A stretch of DNA of 62,174 nt, the filler included, from Sphacelaria rigidula (Eukaryota), in assembly GCA_964200075.2 (NCBI GenBank). It is 10 parts of 10 records of this genome, joined end to end, with 100 filler letters (N's around TTAATTAATTAA, not from the genome) between each part and the next. Parts side by side here need not be neighbours in the genome. Positions count along the whole stretch, not along the records: positions 1 to 6,128 come from CAXNAA020022048.1; positions 6,229 to 12,356 come from CAXNAA020022049.1; 8 more parts are not named here. One strand, given 5' to 3'. This document shows, piece after piece, positions 1-11,881 of the stretch. Below the pieces are notes generated by a model. It did no database searches. It saw only the letters and a list, made by a program, of their open reading frames with translations, and had not been told where the DNA came from. The translations under genes and the position numbers were made by a program. Every line of letters begins with the position of its first letter. Position 1 is the stretch's first letter.

Positions 1-3000
1 GCGAGGAGGGGATGGAGGTCGGGGGGCGTACTCATTTGTTGCTTGCCTTAGTCATTTGACCATTGACCACGCATCCCTTTCGAGACGGAGACGGAGCGGG
101 GGGGGGGGCGTAACTCATGACCTTGCTTGCCGTAGTCTTATGACCATTTACCTCGCATCCCTACAAAGCCGAGACGGAGCACGCCGAGTTTTCGCTGGAC
201 CAGGCTCGCAATCTATTTCGGGTCTTGGTATTACTGCTTTCAGAAACAGCCACGAGTTCCACACTGCCTCATGGTGAGGCGGGGGAGCACAGTTTGGAAT
301 AGATGAAGAGCGTTCAACATGGTTTGGGTGTTGACTCTCATCGTTCTCCCTCGAGGAAACCGTCCGTGGGCGGGTGTTCGCGAGTAATCCATCAAGAATT
401 TACGCCAGTAGCTTCGAAGAACCCAAACTCTGCCGTGTGATTGTGTGCGTATGTGTGTGTGGAAATTGTTGTGCTTCTCCAAGGTGGGTGGTTGGTTGTA
501 GTGGTACGTCTTTTCTGTGGTGTGTAGATATTGCGCACATGGAAACTGGGGTGAAATCTGGGGAGATGCGGAAGGGCGGGCGGGTTATTCAATATGACGG
601 GCATAATAAATATCTAGATGCATTATTTTGTTGACTTTTTTTTGTCTTGACGCCTTGGTCTACTATGTCGTTCTGTCAGACTTTTTCCATAGCGAATGTT
701 TCAGTGTTGTTTTTCTCGGGAGCGTCTATCATGTGACCACAGCTCGATCCCTGGGGAGTCGGTTGAAGTGCAACAATCAATCAGTCATTCTACGTTCCGC
801 TCACCTTGTTGGTTGGTTGGGTCTGTTACGAACCACCACCCCCCCCACACACCACCCTGTGTGTATACTATATTGTTGAAAGGTGGTGCATGAGGAGAGC
901 CTTTTGAAATTTCATGGATACGGTGAAGTTGATGAAGTTTCACCGCTGAAAAGTACGTGGAGCATGTGGTTGTGATATATCATGGTATGATGCAGCAAGC
1001 CCCTGGGGAGGGGGGAGGGGGGGGTGCGAAGCGGACCTGGCCAGCTGAGACCTTTTTGATCTACAGTCACAGCAGATTCATGAAGGAATCTACACATGCG
1101 CGCAGATTACTGACACTCTGTGGACTTGGAGGACTTCGACCGAGCAAATGTGGGGCGTGCAGGGAGGGGGTTCCATAGAGACATGAGGAAGATAACTATT
1201 GGTTCTCGAGTCTCCATGTACAGTCCACGGCCCTTTTTTGACGATACGCCGTAGTGATACAACAGCGTGTCTCGAAAGAATCAACGGGTGACTGGCACGT
1301 GCGGTATGTATTCTAGCTGACTGCTTTTGGTCCTTCTCGTTTGATTACTGGGTCATTCATTCACATGGTTGATGTTTTTGTGTGGCCACGTACCCTTGCT
1401 GTCATGCTAGCGGCCTGTCTGTGGTGGAGAGTTTCTTGTGTGCGCGTGCAGTAGTTTTTTGTGTCAACGAAGTCACCTAAAAATGTCGTCTGGCAGCAAT
1501 TGGTTCATTGCGGTCGTTGTGTCCGAATGGCAGTTCCTTGGATCACCTGTGTGTGGATTCTCATGTTTCATGGATAATTGGATAGTAGCTCGGGCGTGTT
1601 TAGTACATACTCCGGAGTATATAATCTATATATATATACAGGTTGATACCGGTGTTACTATTTTTTTGTCGCGAAGGGGCATTCTATTGGCTCAAGTCAG
1701 TTCAGTCTCCTAAAAAAAGGAGGCTGGCGGATGACAGAGCACATTCTGTCGTCGTTTCCTAGAGGATATCGTCACAGGCGACGGGAATGTATCGCCGAGT
1801 CCTTGAGAGGTTTGGTTGCCCGAATCCATGGTGATACAGTACAATGATTTACGTCAAACATGAGTTCGACAGGATGGCTTGGGGTAAATCCATCTTGATT
1901 GAGTGCTCGTAGTGTTTACGCAAAACCCGTGTTCTGGACGGGGTCTTCCTTGATGTGATATTTATTCATTATCATTGAAGGTTTTATCCTACGACACTGA
2001 ACAGTGTGAGCGCCGGTGCCATGACTGAATGAGACATTCAGATCATCCCGTGGTGTCGGTCAGTAGTCCTAGCAGCGTGTGTTTTAGTGGGACTTTTTTT
2101 CCATCATGGGAGATTATAGGTTCTAGGCAAGAGCCCAGGGACGGGGAAAAGTAGAGGGAAAATAAGCCTTTGGGCGTTTTTTTTTTCCCACTCTGAGTGA
2201 GATACAGTACAGTATATACATGCACCCGAGTTCGTCGTTTTCACGACGACGCGGAGGACGTTGACTACGAGTAAACGGGGAGGGGGCTCTCGTCTTGTTG
2301 CGGTTGTGTGGAAGTTTCTTTGTTCTTTCGTTTGAATCCGAAACACTTCTTTTGTGTGTTCCATGTGTCTTTATTTAATGGTGATGCAGACTCGGTGGTG
2401 TGGGACAGGATATATAACAGATTGATTAAAGCGCGTGGTGTTATGGTCGGTTGGTTGGGCGCGTGCTGATCGATTTTTTGTCTGGAGGGGGTGGGGGGGG
2501 AGTCCACGGAATAAGAGTTCAAATGCGGGTGTCGACTTGTCGGCAGGCATGATGGGTGTTTGTGAGTGTGTGCTTTGTCTTTCGGTCCGCGCCATCCCCG
2601 CTGTACTCTACCGGGTGTTTGTAGCTAAGCTATGTCACGCATGTTTTCAGCTCATTTCGTTCAGGATGGGGTATACCAGTACTTCGAGGCAAAGGGGGCA
2701 CCATGTTCTCTTGAGCTGTGGATTGTGTGGCGTATTATTTGAAAGCTACCGAGGCAGAAGTGATCAAGGTCATTTTTGACCGCTGCGTGACTCGATACCG
2801 GGAGCCCACCGCGGGTTGTTGCTGAGGTCCCTCAACGAGTCTACACCTCAACCCGCAGCGCTCACGACTACCACATAACGGTGGACCCTTGAAAATGGAG
2901 TTTTTCTATAATGAGGTTCACGTGGCGTACCTTTTTTGCACGGATGACGCGAAACAGTTGCCCAAAGCGAAACAATATTTTCCCCCCAATGTCCGCAGCA

Positions 3001-6000
3001 GTGAGTCAGTTGTGGCTAGGTTCTCCCAACGAATGCGGTGTACACGCGTGTCGATGACGATAGCACCAGGGAGAGAAATACCAATCGCTCGAGGAGCTGC
3101 CATCATGGATGTTACCAGCATGTACGTAATTTCTCACGTGCCGGTAGGCATGTTACTATGTTGCTGCGCACATCCGCCTCAAAAACATTGAGCTGTGGAG
3201 GGTCTCGTCTCTCCTTCCCTATAGAGCTCATCCACGCGAATATCCATTTGTCCCTGCCTCTCTCTGCGGACAGGGCGCCCCTCTGTGCGCTGAAAAACAT
3301 GTTGAAAAACAGGGCAGTGTTCCCCTCGCTACTATTGTTTTCTGTCACACACATGACAGCAAGGGCGGTGCTGCGGCAATAACAGCAGATCCAGTTCGAA
3401 CTTGGGTGGTGTTATTCATCGTTGATTTTACCCAATATGTGACCCGCCAGGTGCCCGACCACAAGACCATGCCACAGGCCAGTTGGGGGGGGGGGAGCGA
3501 GAGAGATCAAACACCTTTTGAAACCTGCTCGACATGCGGAGTGAAAAAAGATACCTATGATGGTGACCTAGCTGTTGCTGGCGTGGTGCAGAGGGGTGCG
3601 ACAATGCTGCAATCTGGAGCACGCGCTAGCTGCGTGAGCACCTCGTCTAGAATAAATTCCGATGTGAGGAAGTTATGCATTACAAGCCGGGGCTAGATAT
3701 GACACTACGAGGAAGAAGAGTGCTCTATGATCACCCTCTTGTTGCATTTGACACCCACGCCATCAACCGTTAACCTCAAAGGTCTTCTGACTTTCAAGCA
3801 ACGCCAGCGGCAGTGTTGCAGGCAAACCCGATCACAGATAGCTTCTGCTCTACCGACTTCCGTCTGCAGAATGGTAACCCACCGTAACATGTGCCGAATT
3901 TCGCAACAGCTATAGTAACAAAACGGTTCGATTTACTAAACTACATCCACGTGATTGAAATTACTTCTGTTGTCTGAGGGTACGGTCCACGCAGCTGTCC
4001 CACGCAGAACAGCTCTAGACTATCAATATGAAACACTCACTGAGTCCAGCGATCATGGTCGCAAAAGCCGCGATCAAACAGCCACAAACGTGCCCTCTAC
4101 ACATTGTCCAGGCTGCATGCCCGTACCTAACCTAGGCGATAATCATGACCAGAGTCAGCAGGGGCTGGGAAGTGCATAAAGCGATATCCTTTCGGGTTCC
4201 AACCCCCTAATTTTAAGCAAAACCTTTCCTTTCCATCGATCCAACTACTTTTATGACGCCGAAGCCAGACAAACGTCCATCCAACTAGCTTTCATCTGGG
4301 GAGCCACGTCCCCATCCGGACCCGAACCCGAACCCGAACCCGGGCGGTCAAGAGGATAACGATAACAAGCTGAAGGCACACCGCAGAGTACCGCAGTGTG
4401 CACTTCTTCCAACAACGTCTCCCTCTCATACACACACAAAACAGACACCGTCGTACCTAAAAACCTTCGACAATAGTACAATACAGTACTTCTCATCAAT
4501 GCATGGTAATACCTACGTTTTTCCCGCCTTGAGGAGGCGTTTCTTCACCTCGGCTACAAATTACCGCTACAACGACTCCTCCTTGCTCAACTACCAGACA
4601 AAAAAAGGCACGCACACAAAAATGACATTTGTTTCTGTGGTTGGTTATCGATTACCAACATACCTGAGACGGTATTCCACACCAGTCGATATTCAATCGA
4701 TGTAAGACCCACTCGGGCCTGTGCTGGTCCGAACAACAAAACGAAAGTCTTGGTTGCTTCTTTTCTGAATCGTGTATGTAACACGACCGAAATGTCTCAT
4801 CATATAATAGGCCTTGTCGCTAATTTCACTCGAATACCCCCACGCAGGGCCAGTAGCGACGTCGCTCGGCTCAATCGTTTCGTATAAATACGCCAATCTC
4901 GCACGTGCTCGACACAGGTAACAAAAACTCCAAAGAACACAAAATATCACCACGAAGTCACTCGTCCTCGAAAACGAGACAGACAGCTCCGAAAAAAAAA
5001 CAAGAATAAAAAACCACACGCGGCACACGACGAACGATTTTTGGCATGCGAGGCCCGGTTTTAATATGCTGAGACAGTACATGAACCTATCTCATTTTCT
5101 ACCAGAAAGCTGGGAAACTGATTGAGGATCAAAACACCAAAAACAAAACAAGACGACGAAATCACACTCACAAACACACTCCGAGAAAGCAAGCACGAAC
5201 ACAGATGACGTTTCCGATTTCTTAAGAGAAAATATATTATGAAAAAAAAGAGTAGGGAACATTCAACGACATACATACTCGTACGAAGAAAGAGCACGAC
5301 AACGCTCTCGAACTTGTTCGAGTTTGTGGTGGTAATCATCCTGACAGACAAGACACACTGGGAAAACAAGCTCCTCAGCAGCATGTTTTTATAATAGCGT
5401 GCTGTACAAGAACCACCTTCTCAGAAAAGACTACGCCACTTATACCTTTACTGCTACCTTCTAAATCAGTCACACACCCTAATCCCGCGTAGTTACTTTC
5501 GTGTGGTTCCTCCATACCCACTGTTGAAAAAAAAAGACACACACGCACCACTCACAACGGCTACACGACTGCACCGCGAAAAAAACACGAACACGACACT
5601 ACTAGGCCAGGGGAAACCTGAAACGGCCTTGATCGATTTAATTAGCATCGCATCTTTTCATTTCTCGTGAAAAAGCACCAACGCCCGCGCGAAGCGGAAC
5701 ATAAACATGCTGATTGAGTACTGTACCCATCATATTTCGGAGGAGGAAGGGGGAGGAGGGGGCGGGCGGATGTGTACCAGCGAGCTACAACGTACATCGT
5801 TCAGAGTGGCGGTCGAAGAACACGAAACTCTCTCTTCCTGTGTAGCTCTATTGCCAAACCAGAATAGACAACAATCAAAATGTATGCGGAATAAGGAAAA
5901 TATTCTACTCTGAAGTGAGAACCGCAACGCCCTACAACCGACCGGGCCACACACTCACAGCAGCTCCTTCTCTCAAGGAGGGTAACATGCGTAGTTTCTC

Positions 6001-6128
6001 TAACGTCGAGTTCTTTCGAGTATACTAGTGGGGGGAGGGAGGGGGGGGGGTCTCTTCTATCCACCATGTACGTATTCCTGTACATTGGGTTTAAGATAAC
6101 ATTCATGTTTCGAGTGAAGTTAAAGGAA

Positions 6129-6228
6129 NNNNNNNNNNNNNNNNNNNNNNNNNNNNNNNNNNNNNNNNNNNNTTAATTAATTAANNNNNNNNNNNNNNNN
6201 NNNNNNNNNNNNNNNNNNNNNNNNNNNN
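6129..6228. other. Artificial contig-joining linker N44-TTAATTAATTAA-N44 (also 12357-12456, 18585-18684, 24813-24912, 31040-31139, 37267-37366, 43494-43593, 49721-49820, 55948-56047)
   Basis: Identical 100-bp spacer nine times; the intervening segments are 6128 bp (x4) then 6127 bp (x6), i.e. length-sorted contigs; the core gives stops in all six frames. Confidence 0.98.
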
Positions 6229-6809
6229 GCCAACCGACGCCAACCCCATCGGGAGTCCGCCCCTACAAAGCCGGGAGGGGGGGGGGGGGGGGCTTTACAG
6301 CATCGTGCCCCCCGCGTCTAGTCTGTTACTGCGTTGTCTACGTTCAAGGTCGTGGATGTTCTACAGAACAAGGCAGTACGAGGGGAAATGCCCTAGTTCC
6401 CAACTTGTAGAAAGAAAAAAAATCCCGTCTAGAGTTGAACGACCGAAGTGCCAGGAAATGGAATGTACATCAATCATGACGTCAAATGAAGGGCGAGAAC
6501 TCGTGCAATTGTGTACGCACATACTGGACCACCGGACGAGATCACTCGGGGAGGAACAGCAACTTGTCCATAACTTGCATGTGAATTTCCGGCGAGTCGG
6601 TTATTCTTCAGCGCCCAACATCTTGTCACTTGATTTCAATCAACACAACATACAAACATTCTTCCGTACTCTACATATCCCGAAAATTTCCGTAGCAGCA
6701 GTAAAATGAAGAACCTTCAACGATGAATGTAATGAATAAAAATTAATATATGTACCCCAACAAAATGCATTTCCCCTCGTTCACATCCAACCCGTTCGTG
6801 CCCACGCAC

Positions 6810-7007
6810 CTCAACGCTCATGGTCTGACAGCTGGGCGCTGTTGCTAGCGACAGCACCCGGGGCACATAGTCCTGGTAGCAGCCAATCTCTTTATACTCA
6901 GGAACCTCATGGGCTTGGTCCATGCAGGATGCTCCGCTCGGGACACATAATTCACCACAGGGTAGGTCATAGATATTGCTCTGGTAACCGATCAGGTATA
7001 GTTCGCC
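6810..7007 (-). CDS. GSDH+WSC protein, exon (end of GSDH, start of WSC domain)
   Basis: cag|GGC..GAG|gtgcgt; 66 codons GELYLIGYQSNIYDLPCG...EYKEIGCYQDYVPRVLSLATAPSCQTMSVE; Y..IGCY.D...R.L.......MSVE is the WSC N-terminal motif; no further exon found before the contig end. Confidence 0.9.
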
Positions 7008-7608
7008 CTGTGGAAAAGGGGTGAGCGGTCGTAGGGGGAGGGGCGTAGGTTGTTATAGCGCAGAGCTGGACGATGGCGGTGAGGGATAATACGTCCGTCC
7101 TCGTATTGGAGAGGGAGAACAAAGATTGATCTTAAGTTTCTTCTTGTTTTCACTTCCAACTCCTCGCATTCCTCGGGACGAGTCCGTGGTCTCAAGGAAT
7201 CAACCCATCTCTCCCTCGGTTTGACCCAGTGTGAATGTTTTCTTCGTTGGGCAATGACCTAGAGCTAGCAGGCGTGCAAAAACTCCAGATCATGTATGTG
7301 GGGGCGACGACGTTGCTGTTGATCGCAACAGTTTTTTTTTCCCCTCGGTAAACATAACCCGAGAAACACGAGACATACTTCGTATCGTTAATACGACTTG
7401 TAGATGCCGTACTCGATTCAAAACATCCGCGTACTGTCGCGGATCGTCGAAGGGTCGTGAAAAAATGACACCCACACATACTACACATACATTGCAATAA
7501 AAGACGCACGAGAAATCCGAAAAGCTCTCAACCGCAACACATGGACGCACACGAATAAAATGGACGACAAAGTATACCCTAGTACGAAAGCCGATGAAGC
7601 AAACTCAC

Positions 7609-7708
7609 GTCTTGGTCTTCTGCGAAGCTGGTGATAAGAGGCCCCTCTCCCAAGATTATCCCAACCTCCCAGTCGCCGTCGCTTACGGGTGCCAAGTGGT
7701 AAATCGCA
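7609..7708 (-). CDS. GSDH+WSC protein, exon
   Basis: cag|T..GAC|gtgagt; AIYHLAPVSDGDWEVGIILGEGPLITSFAEDQD joins GELY to give the GSDH SFxED..GELY motif; phases 2 to 0. Confidence 0.92.
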
Positions 7709-7757
7709 CTGTACGCCCAGCAGCAAACGCAAGGTGCAATAAAAACGGAATATCAAT

Positions 7758-8010
7758 GAGTCATCCTACGATAGGGGGGGGGGGGGGGTATTTGGGGCCA
7801 CTACTTGCACGAATTTCCCACTCAAATCGTCGTTGAAAGCAGCAGCGCTTGCTCGAACGAGCTCGTCACAGTTAAATAGTGCTCATTCATTCCGATTGAC
7901 ACCGTGTTGAACCAAATACAGGCGCATCGCGAGTTTAGCAAGTCGTCTGACACTTGGGAGCCTCTTTTTTCGTCAAATACCCCCCCCCGCGCGCTATCGT
8001 ACGATGACTC
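7758..8010. mobile_element. MITE with GAG...CTC termini (Sola2-like)
   Basis: TIRs GAGTCATCCTACGATAG-G(n)-TATTTG / CAAATA-C(n)..CTATCGTACGATGACTC; flanks CAAT/TAAT (near-identical 4-bp TSD). Confidence 0.75.
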
Positions 8011-8117
8011 TAATCGCGAATTTACATACACACGCCATGCACTATTCGGTTGATTGATTGATTGATCGAATGATTGCGTCCTGATTGAGTGTTCCGCGGC
8101 GTACCCTGTGTACTGGG

Positions 8118-8510
8118 TATGTTGGCATCTCTCATCTATTCTGGACGCCAGTGTACACCTTTTGGTGCACGTGGAGGTATCAACAGGAATTACAAACAGC
8201 AGTAGAAAGGTCTACACAGGAGGTTTTCTGTTTTGATTTTGTTTTAGTACACGTATTCGGCCTTCCTTCTTCTGCCGTGCTTAATGCCTTCCTTTTTATG
8301 GCGAAAAAAGGAGAGGGGAAAAGGTTCAGCGGTCCCTTTTCCTCCTCACCCGCGAGCGGAACTTTGTGTACCCACGACATACCATCTCTCCACTGCTGGG
8401 CATGATGCGGGGAAAAATTCCGTTTCGTGTGACCTCACCGAGATTCAAACCCACGTCCGAGCCGTCAGACAGTTTCGAGGTTACCAACTGAGCCACCGTG
8501 GCAACCAGCT
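8118..8510 (-). mobile_element. tRNA-headed SINE, family A
   Basis: Minus-strand box A TGGCTCAGTTGG (8484-8495) and box B GGGTTTGAATC (8442-8452); body recurs at ~35085-35270, 36993-37266 and 43692-43803 (the last two with a CA/ACA-rich tail). Confidence 0.8.
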
Positions 8511-9437
8511 CGAGGCATTACCCCGAAAGTGTAAACTACGCCGCACAAACATACACGAACAAGCGTCTCGTGAAATCGAGAGAGTAGCTCAGATTGGGAG
8601 TCAGCTTTTTTACCGGAAGGCGAGTGTCTTCGTGTGTTCCATTGGTAGACGAAACACTGACGAGTAACGACGCGAACGATTTGTCTTGTTGAGATGAGAA
8701 TGAAGCGAAGGGGCGTGACTGTATCAACCATAAAGATGAACCTTCCCTTATTGATGCGCGGTTGCACGTTGGGCAGGTTACGACTACCTGTCGGACATAA
8801 TACTACGCATTCCAAAAATGTTCTCCCGATATAAATACGTTGAATGCCGAGTGTGGGGTATTGACCCGTCGGGATTCCAAAGAACCGTATGCCGGCATTT
8901 GTTTGCTTTTCAGAATATACATTCAACGACTAACTCGTTGGAATATTAACCCGTTGACCACCAGGGTTAGGAATCAGGGTCACGGAGTAACTTTTCAAGC
9001 GAACACGAAAACATTGACTCTCGATCGAATTATTATATACTCTCAATCTCATGAAAATGTCGTTGCGAGTAGATGGGAGAGACCGCTCACAGTTGGTTAT
9101 ATGGTGGAGTGGTTTAATGTTCCATTTCCATGTAGGACTAGACGGACGGGAGACTCGGTACATGGGATCAGACAGACCGCAAAGGTATTCGGAGGAAGCA
9201 TTTGTGCCGATGTGTCGCTGTAGAGTTCTTGTTAGCTGTTGGTGTGTTACACGAAAATGATTGGTCAGTGCGGGGTACTTGTATTCGATGTAGAATAGTA
9301 GCAGAAAGAGGATGGATTTCGAGGAGGCCTCCTTGTTGAAAAGGGTCCGGTACAGAAGCCGTATGACCGATAGACCAATTGATTTGATTACTGTACATGA
9401 CACACTAAGTTATCCGTCCCGATCCAGCATTGGACCA

Positions 9438-10476
9438 TGTTTTATGGCGACGAATTCGTTTTCAACAGCCGATCGTCGAAATTGATGATGGAGCTTTTCA
9501 TTGAGGACCTGTCTTGGAACATTTGCTTTCCCTATTCCACCGCACAACTTCGATTTAAAACTAATGTGCTAAGACAGGCCCGGACGATGAGAACCAGGAG
9601 GATTAAAATCTTCGTATCCACACCAAACCTTCGAAATACAGCTGAATTCCTCCACCTACTGGCTGGTAGCTGTTGACAAGTACTACACGTCATACAAATT
9701 TGGATTTCGATAACCGAAATGTTGAGGTCCTAGGTAACCAACCAGCTTTGGGGAATCTCGGTGGTCCGATCGGATCTCCAAAATTCCCCAAAAGTGTTTC
9801 TTCATCTAGGATCCCAATTTTCGGTTATCGAAATTCAAATTTGTACGGCGTGTAGCAGTTGTCAATAGCCACCAGTAGTAGGTGAAGGAATGGAGCCATA
9901 TTTCAAAGATTTGGTGTGGATACGAAAATTTCAATCCTCCGGGTTCTATTCCTCAAAGAAAAGCTCCATCCTCAATTTTGATGATCGGCTGTTATTTGTA
10001 CAAACACATTGATATTTCAGCCCGTCTACAGCCAATTTTCTCTCGTGGATTGATTTTTCGGACCCCAGTCCGTTCGGCAATGTTTTTCGGCTAGCTCTGA
10101 GGAAATAAGATAAATTCTCCGATTCTCTGGACGTTGACTTTTGGTTCATCAACTTTCTGCTCAGATGGGGAAATGAGGGAGACGCGGGAGCGTCTCCATC
10201 TGAGCAGAAAGGTGATGAACCAAAAGTCAACGTCCAGAGAATCGGAGAATTGATCATTCGGGGGAGATGCGGGAGTGTCCCGATCTAAGCAGAAGGGTCA
10301 TGCACCAAAAGTCAACCTCCAGAGAACCGGAAAATTGATCTTGGTTCCTCAGAGCTAGCCAAAAAACATTGCCCAACGGACTGGGGTCCGAAAAATCAAT
10401 CCACGGGAGGAAATCGGCTGTAGACGGACTGAAATCCTCATATTTGTACAAATACAGATTCGTCGCCATAAAAAAC
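9438..10476. mobile_element. Intronic foldback element with nested hairpins
   Basis: Terminal IR TTTTATGGCGACGAAT / ATTCGTCGCCATAAAA; imperfect hairpin ~9463-9993 centred on CCGATCGG near 9770; second hairpin ~9995-10452. Confidence 0.8.
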
Positions 10477-10878
10477 AGCCTGAGACTCGGTATGTGTAAC
10501 TCTGGTTTGTCTCACGCTTCATTGCTTCATCTTCACTCGATCGAAGTAAAACACGACAAAAACAAAACAAGAAGAGAGAGATAGAAAACACTCCCCTTTC
10601 ATGTTTTGCTCCATGAATTTTTTATCCATAAGAAAGTAGTCAATGAAATCCGCGTTCTACTATACTACATATACGAAGATCATGCTCCACAGTACTACAC
10701 ACAACGAAGATTCGGTCAACGGCATAAATTTTGTAATTCCAGGTGCTGCTTTTTCGTTTTTGTTCGGCATCGAAACGGTTTTGTCCTCTTGCCTTCGATG
10801 GCGGATCTATTGTACAACACGCCCTCCAATCGCGTGGTTGGATCGCTGAAACCCAGGAGTCGATATAGCCGTTCTTAC

Positions 10879-10954
10879 CCTGTGCTGTAGTCAGAGAAGA
10901 CATAGTGGCCGCCCAGAACGTCAGCGAATTTACTTCCGCGGTAGATGAAGCCTC
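10879..10954 (-). CDS. GSDH+WSC protein, exon
   Basis: cag|GA..GG|gtaag; (G)GFIYRGSKFADVLGGHYVFSDYST(G), the GSDH GG.vYRG...L.G.Y.F.DY motif; phases 1 to 2. Confidence 0.92.
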
Positions 10955-11329
10955 CTGCATGCCAGAATCATGCATCAACGTACGGGTCAGAGATTAGGGG
11001 CCATGAGAGCTCGTACGCGTATGCCGGAAGGCACAAGGTAAGCGAGGTAGACAGACCACCGGCGTACATGCCACCGGCGTACATGCCCAGAACCCAACGC
11101 GTCTAGCTGGAAAATCACCCTCTTGTTTTTCGTGCGGTCGTGGTATATATCATCCGGAAAAATCGATTTTGCCATAATAATAAAAGTCACTCTTGTTCGT
11201 TCTACTTCTCGTTTCCAGTCAAAATACATGAAAAGATCGCCGGAGAATACCTCCCCGTTTACAATGGGCTGGTTTCCCGGTAGCTTTTTTTTTCGCCGCA
11301 CCATGCTCCATTCTACATTACACGACAGC

Positions 11330-11407
11330 TATAGCAATAGCAGCAGGAGCAGCACAAGCCGAGGCGGTAGCAGTAGAAGTAGAAGCAGCAGCAGCCGCAG
11401 CAGCAGA
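11330..11407. repeat. Imperfect (AGC)n microsatellite in an intron
   Basis: agcagcaggagcagc...agcagcagccgcagcagcag. Confidence 0.8.
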
Positions 11408-11663
11408 TACAAGAGAACAATGCTCGGATAGTGGTGCACTTTTTGCAACACTGTTTGCAAACTCATTCGGGATATCCTTAGCACATTGGAATAGTAATCC
11501 TGGCGTACGCCCACATATTTCATAAGTTGTGCTTTGAATGAGATAAAGGGCTCCCAACAAGTCGAACCTCAGAGAATATTTGTGCACCTCTACCGTAGCA
11601 TCACTCACAGCAGAACAGCAAGTACCGACAGCTTCACAACAGAAACAAAGACCTGGCGCTCAC

Positions 11664-11881
11664 CAATAATTGCCAGGCCGGTGGCCTTCCTGTCGCCGCA
11701 GATATCTTTCCCACTGGTGAAAAAACTCTCCCCGTGCGCGGACGAGTCGTAGTCGAAGTGGCAGTACTGAAATATAGGAAACGTGTGTCCAGCTCGGGTG
11801 GTCGTACTGCAGGACGTGTCATCAAAGCCGTCGTTACAGCGGGAGCCCTCGAACAGCCTCCAGCCGTAGTCATTGCCGCAT
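11664..11881 (-). CDS. GSDH (glucose/sorbosone dehydrogenase, HHIP-like beta-propeller) + WSC protein, first visible exon
   Basis: cag|A..G|gtgag; encodes CGNDYGWRLFEGSRC...FPIFQYCH...GLAII(G), matching the GSDH GxNYGW..EG motif; ends in phase 1, compatible with the next exon. Confidence 0.9.

Noticed and set aside
500..2800. Decayed retroelement-like coding sequence on the minus strand
   Set aside because: Looks like broken coding DNA, but I could not identify any diagnostic RT, endonuclease or RNase H motif
4180..4920. Exon-like minus-strand segments (YETIEPSDVATGPAWGY..; LSKEESL*R*FVAEVKKRLLK)
   Set aside because: Splice-like borders but in-frame stops and no recognisable family; possibly a pseudogene, not supportable
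6173..6184. Regularly spaced TTAATTAATTAA palindrome and ORFs ending in X..LIN
   Set aside because: Synthetic linker embedded in N-runs, not biology
8430..8510. tRNA gene (also 13935-14013 and ~30855-30940)
   Set aside because: A/B boxes are present but there is no complete cloverleaf, and the first two are attached to repeated bodies, as in SINE heads
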